A stretch of 64,000 bases of DNA, from assembly GCA_963666345.1 (NCBI GenBank), contig OY762721.1, positions 480,001 to 544,000 of the forward strand, read 5' to 3'. Below, in pieces: positions 41,534 through 50,950 of this stretch. The position numbers and the translations under genes were made by a program. A model generated the notes under the pieces. It was not told where the DNA came from. It worked only from the letters and a program-made list of their open reading frames with translations, and did not search any database. Within the stretch, counting starts at the first letter, position 1, and every line of letters starts with the position of its first letter. Origin of the DNA: Desulfatiglandales bacterium. GTDB lineage: Bacteria; Desulfobacterota; DSM-4660; Desulfatiglandales; Desulfatiglandaceae.

Positions 41534-42211
41534 ATGAGAACACGGGAGGGAAACAAGGAGCAGGACATCCTGGACGCGGCCACAAGCGTGTTCGCCCGAT
41601 ACGGCTACCACGGGGCAAAGATGGCCAAGATCGCCGAAGCGGCCGGGGTAGGCGCGGGAAGCCTCTATCTCTATTTCAAGGACAAGGCGGGTATTCTAAG
41701 CGGCATCTTTGAACGGCTTTTAAAAGCTCTTGCATTCGAGATGGATCGGGTGACCGCAAGGAAGGACCTGACAGGGATAGAAAAACTCGACGGCATCATC
41801 GATCTTGTCTTTGACATGTTTATCAACAACGCACCCTTAGCCCTTGTGTTCGTAAACGAGCACAACAATCTCATAATGGACGATGATCAAATTGCATCCG
41901 ATCCTTACGAACAGTTTCTGGAAAGGGCGGAAAAGGTCTTTATCCAGGGTTACAATGAGGGCCTGTTCAACCCCGATCTTGATTACAGGGTGTACAGGCA
42001 TTTCCTGTTCGGAGGTCTCAGAAGACTTATACATGAGTGGGCACGCCACCCGGACGACTTTCCCATAAACGGTATACGCCGTGACGTCAAACATTTCATA
42101 AAGCGGGGGATCATGGCCCCTTCAAAATCGCAAGGAGATAATTTTCATGAACTTCAGATGGTTAAAGGCATTGATCCTGCTCTGTCCCCTGTTCGGGATA
42201 CTCCTGCTTAG
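41534..42211 (+). CDS. TetR/AcrR family regulator
   Basis: ILDAA..VFARYGYHG..MAKIAEAAGVGAGSLYLYFKDK HTH. Confidence 0.92.
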   Translation: MRTREGNKEQDILDAATSVFARYGYHGAKMAKIAEAAGVGAGSLYLYFKDKAGILSGIFERLLKALAFEMDRVTARKDLTGIEKLDGIIDLVFDMFINNAPLALVFVNEHNNLIMDDDQIASDPYEQFLERAEKVFIQGYNEGLFNPDLDYRVYRHFLFGGLRRLIHEWARHPDDFPINGIRRDVKHFIKRGIMAPSKSQGDNFHELQMVKGIDPALSPVRDTPA

Positions 42212-43541
42212 TCCTTCCGGGGCTCAGCCGGCGGAGCTGAGCTTTGATGCCGCGCTTAATGTGCTTCGCGAACGAAACGAGGCACTGAAGGCTGCCAGGA
42301 CCGAACGGGATATAAGTGAACAGCAGCGGCTTGCCGCTCGCGGACTATACCTTCCCAAAATCGAACTGGGTGCACGCTACGTCAAGCTGAACGACCCTAT
42401 TTCCATTGATCTCAACCCGGTGAGGGAGGTGCTGCTCGCACTTCACCCGACGGTGCCCTCTTCGGCGATCCCGTCATTTGACCTTGATGTGCAGGACGGG
42501 CGGTACTGGCAGGCTTACATCGGACTGACATGGCCGGTCTTCACCGGAGGTCGAATCACCGCGGCAAACCGTGCGTCAGACGCGCTGCTTGATGCCTCCA
42601 ACGAGGAGCTGCGGGCCACCGAGTACGGCCTCATGACTCAACTTGCCCAAAGGTACTTCGGGCTCCGCCTGGCCCAAAAAGTGGTGGACGTGAGATTCCG
42701 GATGCTTGAAGCCATAAAAAGCCATCTCGCACGTGCAGGCGCCCTTGAAAAGGAGGGTATGATCGCAAAGGCCGAACGGCTCCACGCAGAGGTTGCGCAT
42801 GCCGAGGCGGACAGGCTTCACCGCGGGGCAATACGCGACGCCTGCATGGCGGAGACGGCCCTTAGAAGCACACTTTCCATGGATAGCCCGGTCAAGGTCT
42901 CCTCTCCCCTTTTCACTGTTGAAAATCTTGAGGATGTCTCATATTTCAAGGAGACGGCAGTCAAACAAAACCCTCTTCTTCACCGGCTGGCCGCCCAAAA
43001 AGAGGCAGCCCACCAGGGCTTTCAAAAGGAAAAAGGGACCCTTTTCCCCGAGGTGTACCTGTTCGCGAACAGACAGCTTCATGAGGACGACCTGACCGTG
43101 CTCGATCCAAGCTGGGCCGCAGGCATGGGTCTTACCATGACGCTCTTTGACGGTATGAAGCGAACCCACAAAATCTCCGCCGCCCGGCTCCTTGAAAAAA
43201 AGACCTCTCATATAATGGAGCGCGCGCAGCGGGACATTTTGACCCTGATCGAAAAACGCTACCAGGAGGTCATGAAGGCCGGGGAACAGCTCCAGGCCAT
43301 TGCCGCATCCTTTGCCGCGGCAGAAGAAAACATCCGGGTCAGAACACGTGCCTTTGAGGAAGGCTTCGGCACCTCCCTTGATGTTGTGGATGCGGAGTGT
43401 GCCCTCTGTCGTGCCAGACTCGAGCGACTGGCGGCCGTGTACCAGCTGGATGTGTCTCTGGCCGGGCTTCTTGAGGCAAGCGGCAGAAGTGAAAGATTCG
43501 ATGAATACCGGACAAAAGCAGGTGCGGAGGTGATATTTTGA
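42147..43541 (+). CDS. TolC family outer membrane efflux protein
   Basis: Signal peptide, GLYLPKI, WPVFTGG, FEEGFGTSLDVVDA OEP repeats. Confidence 0.9.
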   Translation: MNFRWLKALILLCPLFGILLLSPSGAQPAELSFDAALNVLRERNEALKAARTERDISEQQRLAARGLYLPKIELGARYVKLNDPISIDLNPVREVLLALHPTVPSSAIPSFDLDVQDGRYWQAYIGLTWPVFTGGRITAANRASDALLDASNEELRATEYGLMTQLAQRYFGLRLAQKVVDVRFRMLEAIKSHLARAGALEKEGMIAKAERLHAEVAHAEADRLHRGAIRDACMAETALRSTLSMDSPVKVSSPLFTVENLEDVSYFKETAVKQNPLLHRLAAQKEAAHQGFQKEKGTLFPEVYLFANRQLHEDDLTVLDPSWAAGMGLTMTLFDGMKRTHKISAARLLEKKTSHIMERAQRDILTLIEKRYQEVMKAGEQLQAIAASFAAAEENIRVRTRAFEEGFGTSLDVVDAECALCRARLERLAAVYQLDVSLAGLLEASGRSERFDEYRTKAGAEVIF

Positions 43542-44554
43542 AGACCTGGCATAAAATTTTACTCGTAATATCGGGGCTGTGTGTTGCGGCAGCGGTGCTT
43601 GCCGTTGCCGACTGGTACAGGCTGCACCCGGCGCCCCTTCTTGTTCAGGGGCAGGTGGAGGCGACAGAGGTGAGAGTCTCGTCAAAGCTGGCGGGACGCG
43701 TCTCCCTTATTCACGTAAAAGAAGGGGATTCGGTAAAGGAACATGATCGTCTGGTGACCCTCGAAAGCCCTGAAATAGAGGCAAAGCTTGCCCAGGCATC
43801 CGCCGCCAGAAATGCCGCTCAGGCCCGTGAACGAAAGGCGATCAAGGGGACCCGCCCGGAGAAGATTCGCTCCGCCCTTAACGTCTGGAAAAAGGCCAGG
43901 GCAGCGGCTGAACTTGCCGAGAAGACCTATAAGAGGATCGAGCGACTTGAGGCGGACGGTGTGCTTCCGGCCCAGAAGCTCGACGAGGCCGAGGCCGAAT
44001 GGAAGGCCTCAAACGAGACGGCCGAGGCTGCCGGGGCCACCTATGATATGGCCCTTGCAGGCACAAGGGAGGAGGATAAGAGTGCCGCCATGGCCATGGT
44101 GGAAAAGGCCGCAGGAGCGGTCTCCGAGGTGGAGGCCTACCTGAAGGAGACGGAGCTTGCAGCACCCATATCAGGTGAGGTTGCCGATATCATCGCCGAA
44201 AGGGGTGAGCTCGTTGCTCAAGGCTTTCCCCTCCTTGTCCTGGTTGATCTAAAGGATGTGTGGGTGACCTTCAACCTGCCCGAGGACCTCCTTGCGGACA
44301 TCCGCATGGGAAGTTCAATAGAGGCGGCATTTCCGGCATTGAAAGAAAAAAAGATCTCACTAAAGGTAAATTACATATCGGCGATGGGGGACTTTGCCAC
44401 ATTGAAGGCCACAAAGGCAACCGGGGATTTCGACATGCGAACCTTCGAGGTACGCGCCGTGCCTGAAACCCCTGTCCGGGGCCTGCGGCCCGGGATGAGT
44501 GCGGTGGTTGACTGGGGTCAATTTTTAACCGATCAGAAAACCGGGAGTTACTGA
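43538..44554 (+). CDS. HlyD family periplasmic adaptor
   Basis: VSSKLAGRV..I.VKEGD, APISGEV lipoyl halves; ATKATGDFDMRTFEVRA.P; LRPGMSA. Confidence 0.92.
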   Translation: MKTWHKILLVISGLCVAAAVLAVADWYRLHPAPLLVQGQVEATEVRVSSKLAGRVSLIHVKEGDSVKEHDRLVTLESPEIEAKLAQASAARNAAQARERKAIKGTRPEKIRSALNVWKKARAAAELAEKTYKRIERLEADGVLPAQKLDEAEAEWKASNETAEAAGATYDMALAGTREEDKSAAMAMVEKAAGAVSEVEAYLKETELAAPISGEVADIIAERGELVAQGFPLLVLVDLKDVWVTFNLPEDLLADIRMGSSIEAAFPALKEKKISLKVNYISAMGDFATLKATKATGDFDMRTFEVRAVPETPVRGLRPGMSAVVDWGQFLTDQKTGSY

Positions 44555-45741
44555 TGCATGGGAAGGCGCATGGCGGTATTTTCGCTGCAATGAGGAGAGA
44601 AATAGGCAGAATCACCTCCAATCCCCTCTTCTTCATGCTTATGGTCGTGCTTCCGCTTGGGACGGTGGCCGTTTTCCGGGCCATGTTCGGGGATATCGGG
44701 GTTCCCAGGGATCTTCCGGTAGCAGTATGCGATCAGGACCACAGTTCTCTTTCAAGGAATGTGACGCGCATGATCGACGCCACACCTTCGGTACGGGTTG
44801 CCGAAAGGGTCACCGACCCTTCGGGTGGCCGCAAACTGGTCTCGGAAGGCGTCACCTATGCCCTGATACTTCTACCCAAGGATCTTGAAAAAAAGGCCCT
44901 CATGCATGCCCCTGTTCCCGTGGTATGCTGGTATAACAACCAGTACATGCTCGCAGGAAGTCTCATCAACCGGGACGTGCGCACGGCCGTAAAGACGGTT
45001 TCAGCAGGGCTTGATATCAGTTTCAGGGAGGCACGAAACGAGACCAGGGAGGCGGCCATCGATCATCAGGAACCGGTTGTGCTTGACACCCACCTGCAGT
45101 TCAACCCGTACCTCAACTACGTCTATTTTCTTGAAAGCGCGCTTCTTCCCACAATGCTGCAGCTGTTCATCATCATAACCACAGTCTACGCCGTGGGGGC
45201 CGAACTCAAAAACGGCACGGCACGCAAATGGCTTGCCTCCGGATCAGGGCACAGGCGTGCCCTGGCTGGAAAGCTCCTGCCCTACAGTGCGGCATTTACG
45301 ATCCTTGGGATCATTATGAATGTCTTTCTTTTTTATTGGCGAGGGGTTCCCCTGCGCGGTTCAGGATCGCTCATCGCAGGCGCCACGGTCCTTCTTGTTC
45401 TCGCCAGTCAGTCGGTGGGTCTGCTTCTCATCACCATCACCTCAAACCTGCGCCTTTCCTTGAGCTTCGCGGCCTTCTACACGAGCACCGCCTTCGCCTT
45501 TGTGGGAATCACCTTTCCCCGCATCGGCATGATTACGCCGGCGCGTATCTGGGCCGATCTTTTACCTCTTACCCATTATCTGGACCTGTTCGTGGACCAG
45601 GCCCTTAGGGGCGCCCCGACGCGGGTCTCCTTCGACTCTCTGGCCGCCCTTGCCCTGTTCGCGGCGATGGGGGTCTGTGTCGCGGCATTGCCCCGGCTGG
45701 GAAGGCTCATGAAAAACGAACGTTACTGGGGGCGGATGTGA
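44554..45741 (+). CDS. ABC-2 type permease (YbhS-like)
   Basis: DLPVAVCDQDHSSLSR, FNPYLNY, GITFP, multiple TM helices. Confidence 0.88.
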   Translation: MHGKAHGGIFAAMRREIGRITSNPLFFMLMVVLPLGTVAVFRAMFGDIGVPRDLPVAVCDQDHSSLSRNVTRMIDATPSVRVAERVTDPSGGRKLVSEGVTYALILLPKDLEKKALMHAPVPVVCWYNNQYMLAGSLINRDVRTAVKTVSAGLDISFREARNETREAAIDHQEPVVLDTHLQFNPYLNYVYFLESALLPTMLQLFIIITTVYAVGAELKNGTARKWLASGSGHRRALAGKLLPYSAAFTILGIIMNVFLFYWRGVPLRGSGSLIAGATVLLVLASQSVGLLLITITSNLRLSLSFAAFYTSTAFAFVGITFPRIGMITPARIWADLLPLTHYLDLFVDQALRGAPTRVSFDSLAALALFAAMGVCVAALPRLGRLMKNERYWGRM

Positions 45742-46883
45742 GAGCCGTTATCAGGGCATGGATGGACGAATACAGGGGGATACTTTCCGATGCGGGTGTA
45801 ATGCTCATCTTTTTCGGCGCTATTGCGGCGTATTCGATCATGTACCCCATTCCCTACTTTTCGGAGGTCTTAAGGGACGTTCCCGTGGCGGTGGTTGATC
45901 TGGATCGCTCCAGCCTCAGCAGGAAACTTGTGAGAATGATAGATGCAAACGAATACGTTCGGGCAGCCGATAAAACAGGAAATTTTGAATCGGCCAAAGC
46001 CCTCATGCTCGCAAGGGAGGTAAGCGGTGTGGTGGTAATTCCAGCCGATTTTTCAAAGAAGATCCTTCGTTCCGAGCAGTCGGAGGTTCCAGTCTATCTG
46101 GACGGGAGTTATTTTCTGACCTACAGGCAGACCCTTACAGGACTCATGCAGGCCGTGGGAACTCTTTCGGCAGGCATAGAGATACGCCGCATGGAGGCAC
46201 GCGGCACGCACCCTGTCCGGGCCGCAGCGGAAAGGGACCCGCTCCCCATGCGTTCCTACGCCCTTTTCAACCCTTCGGGCGGCTACGCAAGTTACATCGT
46301 TCCGGCCGTGTTCCTGCTGCTGCTCCAGCAGTCGCTGCTGATCGGAATAGGCATGAGGGCGGGCACCGCCAGGGAACAAAAGCCAAGCCGGATCCGCGGA
46401 CCGGCACCGGCGGAGGTACTTGGAAAGGCCGCGGCCTACTTCAGCATATACCTCATACACGCCATATATCTGTTCATGATACTTTTCAGGGTCTACCGTT
46501 TCCCGCAGCGGGCCGACCTCGGGGCGCTAGCCATGGTGATAATACCCTTTCTTGCGGCAAGCATATTTCTTGGGCTCGCCCTTTCAGCCGTTTTCAAGAC
46601 CAGGGAGACCTCCATGCTGGTGCTCCTGTGCACCTCGTTACCGGTACTTTTTCTAGCGGGCTTTGCCTGGCCGAGGGAAAGCATCCCCCAGTGGCTTCAG
46701 ACCCTGTCACTGGCCGTCCCCAGCACCGGGGCGATAAAGGCATTTCTTGAAATAAGTCAGATGGGTGCGGATATCAGCCAGGTAGCAGGTGAAACGGCAA
46801 TCCTATGGATCCTGGCTGCCGTCTACTTCGCAGCGGCTTGCGTCCTCGGTTCCGCTTCAAGGCGGCGGAAGGATTTGCTTTAG
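45738..46883 (+). CDS. ABC-2 type permease (YbhR-like)
   Basis: DVPVAVVDLDRSSLSR, FNPSGGYASY, LAGFAWPRESIP. Confidence 0.88.
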   Translation: MRAVIRAWMDEYRGILSDAGVMLIFFGAIAAYSIMYPIPYFSEVLRDVPVAVVDLDRSSLSRKLVRMIDANEYVRAADKTGNFESAKALMLAREVSGVVVIPADFSKKILRSEQSEVPVYLDGSYFLTYRQTLTGLMQAVGTLSAGIEIRRMEARGTHPVRAAAERDPLPMRSYALFNPSGGYASYIVPAVFLLLLQQSLLIGIGMRAGTAREQKPSRIRGPAPAEVLGKAAAYFSIYLIHAIYLFMILFRVYRFPQRADLGALAMVIIPFLAASIFLGLALSAVFKTRETSMLVLLCTSLPVLFLAGFAWPRESIPQWLQTLSLAVPSTGAIKAFLEISQMGADISQVAGETAILWILAAVYFAAACVLGSASRRRKDLL

Positions 46884-46934
46884 CCCCGGGCTCAGGCCGC
46901 TGTTCAAGGCTTCGCGTTTCAGCTGAGAAAATGC

Positions 46935-46971
46935 AAGCCGGCACAAGGCGCTTTACCTGTGCCGGCTTTTA
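46935..46971. terminator. terminator between convergent operons
   Basis: AAGCCGGCACA-...-TGTGCCGGCTT followed by TT. Confidence 0.7.
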
Positions 46972-46984
46972 CTGAAAGGGGACC

Positions 46985-47155
46985 TTAATCGAGAGGCTTT
47001 GCCTCTTCTATAAGCATTACGGGGATATCATCCTTGATTTCGTATATGAGTCTGCAGTTGTCGCAGATAAGGCCGTCTCCCGCCTCGTTAAGGTATATGT
47101 CGCCCTTGCATTTCGGGCATGCCAGTATCTCAAGCAGTTCTTTGCTTATTGCCAT
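46985..47155 (-). CDS. Trm112/YcaR-like small zinc-binding protein
   Basis: MAISKELLEILACPKCKG...ICDNC...IKDDIPVML.EEA; AAGGGAGG RBS. Confidence 0.9.
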   Translation of the reverse strand: MAISKELLEILACPKCKGDIYLNEAGDGLICDNCRLIYEIKDDIPVMLIEEAKPLD

Positions 47156-48284
47156 CCGGTGTTCCTCCCTTTTGTTTAATGTTGAATCCGTCAGATGTAC
47201 TTCTGATTTCTTGTTCCGCTTCAGGCTCCGGTTTCCCCGCTTTTTCCGCGAGCCTCTTTTTGACAACCTCAAAAACCGCGTCAACCGAGATCTCGTTCAT
47301 ACAGCGGGGGTTGCCGCACCTTCTCCTGAAACAGGGGCCGCACTCAAGGCGTTTTCTTATTACCGTGTGCCCTTTTCCGTAAGGCCCGGTCCTGTAAGGA
47401 GAGGTGGGCCCGAAAAGTGCGATCACGGGGCAACCCATCGCTGCGGCTATGTGCATGGGGCCTGTATCGGTTGTAATCATGAGAGCGCTTCTCTGGTAGA
47501 GCACGGACAGTTCCTTCAGGCTGGTCAGTCCCGCCAGGTTGGGCGCCCGGTTGTGCATCCGTTCCCTTATCTCATCAAGGACCGCACGATCACCGCTGCT
47601 TCCGGTAAATATTATATCACACCCCAGTTCGTCTATCACCCTGTCTGATAAAAGGGCGAAGTGTTCGGTTTTCCATAGTTTGGTAGTCCATTTCGCCATA
47701 GGATTTACCGCGACAAGAGGACGTTTGCCCAGTCCGAAAGTCTCAAAGACCTTTTCAATGGAATGGACATCCCTCCCGGATACCGGTATCCCGCCTACCC
47801 ATTCATGAGTCTCGAGCCCGAGATACTCCGTGACGGACAGATACCTCTTTACGGCATGAGTTGAATAGTCAACAGGGACCGGCTTCTCATTTAAAAACCA
47901 TTCAGCCCCTTCCCTTGATCCTGTCATGCCTATTTTTCTTCCGCCCTTTGACAGGCCGGTGATCACTCCGCTTTTAAAAAGGCCCTGAAGATCGATCACG
48001 AGGTCATAATACTGACTTCTCAGTTCACGTAAAAACCGGAAGACATCCCTGACGGCCGGAAGGCACTTTATGCCCGGCAGATCTTTCTGCCAGGACTTTC
48101 TCTTGGAGATTATCAGCCTGTTCAACAAAGGATGCCCCTCCAGTATGTCGGCCGCGTCCTGCTCAACGACCCAGTCGATCCTGGCATCGGGATAATTTTT
48201 TCTCAGGACCTCCAGAACCGGGAGGCAGTGAACCACATCGCCGATGGCGCTTAATTTTACTATCAGGATGCTCTTGGTATTCAT
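47130..48284 (-). CDS. LPS heptosyltransferase (GT9, WaaC/WaaF-like)
   Basis: ILIVKLSAIGDVVH, DLQGLFKS, TDTGPMHIAAA, ALFGPT. Confidence 0.88.
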   Translation of the reverse strand: MNTKSILIVKLSAIGDVVHCLPVLEVLRKNYPDARIDWVVEQDAADILEGHPLLNRLIISKRKSWQKDLPGIKCLPAVRDVFRFLRELRSQYYDLVIDLQGLFKSGVITGLSKGGRKIGMTGSREGAEWFLNEKPVPVDYSTHAVKRYLSVTEYLGLETHEWVGGIPVSGRDVHSIEKVFETFGLGKRPLVAVNPMAKWTTKLWKTEHFALLSDRVIDELGCDIIFTGSSGDRAVLDEIRERMHNRAPNLAGLTSLKELSVLYQRSALMITTDTGPMHIAAAMGCPVIALFGPTSPYRTGPYGKGHTVIRKRLECGPCFRRRCGNPRCMNEISVDAVFEVVKKRLAEKAGKPEPEAEQEIRSTSDGFNIKQKGGTPDGNKQRTA

Positions 48285-48859
48285 CGGTCTCCTGCCGACT
48301 TTATGCGGTTCACCGCGTCAGGCAGGTCCTCTGCGATGTAAAAGGGTTCGAAATTCATCTTCGGAAGGACATGCTCAACCTCGCCTTTTCCGTAACCTGA
48401 TTTCACAAGTATTCCTCTTATACCGGCACTGACGGCCATTTTTATGTCGTCGCATCGATCCCCCACCATAAAAGAGCCTTTAAGATCTATTTCAAAATCA
48501 TTACAGGCCAGATCGATCAGGCCCGTCTTCGGCTTTCGGCAGTCGCATTCTCCGGCGTAAGGCCTTACCGTACCCTTTGGATAGTGAGGGCAAAAATACA
48601 CGGCATCAAGAAGTGCGCCTTTTTCCTCCAATGCCCTCTTCATGAGCAGATTCACCTGTTCGACAAGTTGTATCGGGAAATAACCCCTTGCCACTCCCGA
48701 CTGGTTGGAAAGGACTATGACATGGTAGCCCATCCTGTTAAGCTCCCTGATCGCTCCGGAAACACCAGGCAGCAACACAAACCTGCTGATGTGATTTATG
48801 TATCCCATCTGTTCATTTATGGTGCCGTCCCTGTCGAGAAATACAGCCGGCTTTTTCAA
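48281..48859 (-). CDS. gmhB: D-glycero-D-manno-heptose 1,7-bisphosphate phosphatase
   Basis: FLDRDGTIN, SNQSGVARG, CPH...CDCRKP, MVGDR. Confidence 0.93.
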   Translation of the reverse strand: MKKPAVFLDRDGTINEQMGYINHISRFVLLPGVSGAIRELNRMGYHVIVLSNQSGVARGYFPIQLVEQVNLLMKRALEEKGALLDAVYFCPHYPKGTVRPYAGECDCRKPKTGLIDLACNDFEIDLKGSFMVGDRCDDIKMAVSAGIRGILVKSGYGKGEVEHVLPKMNFEPFYIAEDLPDAVNRIKSAGDR

Positions 48860-48886
48860 AACTCTGACCTCGATATCATTTAAATC

Positions 48887-49948
48887 CTAGCCTCTCAACC
48901 CTTCCATGGCCTCCCACACCTCATCGGGAGTTATTGAAAGCATGCAGTGGTGGTCTGTCGGACACTCCTGCTTCAGACAGGGAGCGCATTGAGCGTTGCG
49001 TGTAACGATCCTCGTCCTGAGCCCCCTGGGACTTGTGGTAACCGTGTCCGTAGGTCCGAAGATCGCTACGGTCGGGACACCCAGGGCCGCTGCTATGTGC
49101 ATGAGCCCCGAGTCATTAGTGACAAAAAAGTCACACCTTTCTATCACTCCCATGGCCTCCCTGAGGCTTGTCTCGGCGCAGAGGTTGATAGCATTGTTTG
49201 ACATGGCCCGGCACACCTCCTCGCATATGGAGGCCTCCTTTGCCGTTCCCAGGACAACGGTCCTGGCCCCCCATCGCTCGCAGGCCCGGTCTCCTATTTC
49301 CGAGAATCTTTCAGCAGGCCATCTCTTTGCCGACCCATAGATTGCCCCCGGGCTGAGTCCCACTATATAGTCATCACCGGTTAAGTCGTGACTTTCGAGT
49401 ATTTTCACTCCCTTTTCCCTGTCCTCTTTTGAAACGTAAAGATGAGGGTCCGCGGTTTCAGCGGCCCAGCCCATCATCCTCAGGATATTGAGATAATACT
49501 CCACCTGATGAACCCTGAGGATACGTCTGTTTTTTCTTGCGGGATGAGTCAGTAAAATTCCCCTGCAGTCGGTGCTATAGCCGATCCTGCAGGGGATACG
49601 CCCCATGAAGGCGACAAAGGCCGCCTCAAAGGCATTCTGCAGAAGTATGGCAAGGTCGAATTTTTCCCTCCGTACCCTGGCAACAGTCCTTTTTATACCG
49701 GTAATGCCGGAAGCAAAGCCATTCGCCCTTTCATACGGGATTACATCGTCAACCGCCGGATGTCCCTCGTAAACAGACAGCACCCAGGGCTTTGCCAGGA
49801 CCGTGATACGACTCTGAGGGAATATCCTGCGCACCGCCTCTATGGCCGGGAGGGTCATTACGGCATCACCCACCCAGTTGGTGCCTCTTATCATTATCCT
49901 GTCTATTGGGCTTCGGATTTTCTTTTCAGACATCTTATTCTGGGTCAA
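48887..49948 (-). CDS. waaF: LPS heptosyltransferase II
   Basis: RGTNWVGDAVM, PGAIYGSAKRWP, NDSGLMHIAAA; start may be 49933. Confidence 0.88.
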   Translation of the reverse strand: MTQNKMSEKKIRSPIDRIMIRGTNWVGDAVMTLPAIEAVRRIFPQSRITVLAKPWVLSVYEGHPAVDDVIPYERANGFASGITGIKRTVARVRREKFDLAILLQNAFEAAFVAFMGRIPCRIGYSTDCRGILLTHPARKNRRILRVHQVEYYLNILRMMGWAAETADPHLYVSKEDREKGVKILESHDLTGDDYIVGLSPGAIYGSAKRWPAERFSEIGDRACERWGARTVVLGTAKEASICEEVCRAMSNNAINLCAETSLREAMGVIERCDFFVTNDSGLMHIAAALGVPTVAIFGPTDTVTTSPRGLRTRIVTRNAQCAPCLKQECPTDHHCMLSITPDEVWEAMEGLRG

Positions 49949-49990
49949 GGATTCAAGGGTTTGTTTTCCAGGGATCTTATCAGCGCTTCA
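49942..49990 (-). repeat. 3'-end remnant of a four-helix-bundle gene with its downstream repeat
   Basis: Reverse complement ...TGATAAGATCCCTGGAAAACAAACCCTTGAATCCTTGACCC (ALIRSLENKPLNP*) closely matches 59514-59545. Confidence 0.6.
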
Positions 49991-50005
49991 AATATCCAAA
50001 AATGC

Positions 50006-50950
50006 TCAGGGCGCAGAAGCCTCAAAATAGTCCTCAGGCAGGGGGCAGGAGTTGACTGTCTTCCAGCGCCGGTGAAACCAGAACCAGTGATCGGGATGTC
50101 TTCTTATCTGCCTTTCAATGATCTTCATATAGACATTTGTTGTCTCTTCGATATCTCCGACCTTGTTTCCCCTACGAACCGCCTCCACTTCCTCTCCGAA
50201 ACTGATGAGGTATCTGCCGTCCTTCTGTCTGACCGAGAAGACGGGAACGACAGGTGTCCCTGTCTTTTGAGCCATAAGGGCCAGCCCTTTGTTAGTGCAG
50301 GCGAGTTTTCCGAAAAACGGCACAAACACCCCTTCATACCATGCCACGTTCTGATCAAGAAGTATCCCCACCGCCCTGTTTTCCTGAACCGCTTTTAGGA
50401 TCTTCCTGATCCCCCTCTGTTTAGGGATTATATCGGTACCGAAATTGGAACGGAGATCAGATATAATCCGCTCCGCCGGATAAAAATCTATGGGTCTTGC
50501 CACCACCGCCCCCGGTTTTTCAATCCTGACGGCCATGGCTGCCGACATCAACTCCCAGTTTCCGAAATGACCTGTCAGGATAAACACCCCCTTTCCCTTC
50601 TCAAGGGCATTAAAAAGACGCTTTTCGTTCTCGAAAACCACGTATTTTGAAAGATTTTCCCTCCTGAGCCTTAATATGTGAGGGACCTCAAAGGCCATCT
50701 GTGAGAAATGCAGGATTACCCTCCTGTTCAGATCGATGAGTTCTTTTTCCGTGAGCTCCGATCCGTAGGCCGTCCTCAACCCTTCAAGGGAGACCTTGAA
50801 CCTGCCTTTAAGTACCGGCGCGAACAACCTGCCTAATACGCGCCCGATCCGCTGTCCCAGGTGAAAGGGAATCAGAGACACAACCAGTACCGACAGACGC
50901 ATAAACCTGTATGTCAGTTCGCAGGATATCTTATTTTCTCTTGATTTCAT
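50006..50950 (-). CDS. lpxL: lipid A late acyltransferase (LpxL/HtrB family)
   Basis: TGHFGNWE, LLDQN, VPFFG, HPDHWFWFHRRWK. Confidence 0.88.
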   Translation of the reverse strand: MKSRENKISCELTYRFMRLSVLVVSLIPFHLGQRIGRVLGRLFAPVLKGRFKVSLEGLRTAYGSELTEKELIDLNRRVILHFSQMAFEVPHILRLRRENLSKYVVFENEKRLFNALEKGKGVFILTGHFGNWELMSAAMAVRIEKPGAVVARPIDFYPAERIISDLRSNFGTDIIPKQRGIRKILKAVQENRAVGILLDQNVAWYEGVFVPFFGKLACTNKGLALMAQKTGTPVVPVFSVRQKDGRYLISFGEEVEAVRRGNKVGDIEETTNVYMKIIERQIRRHPDHWFWFHRRWKTVNSCPLPEDYFEASAP

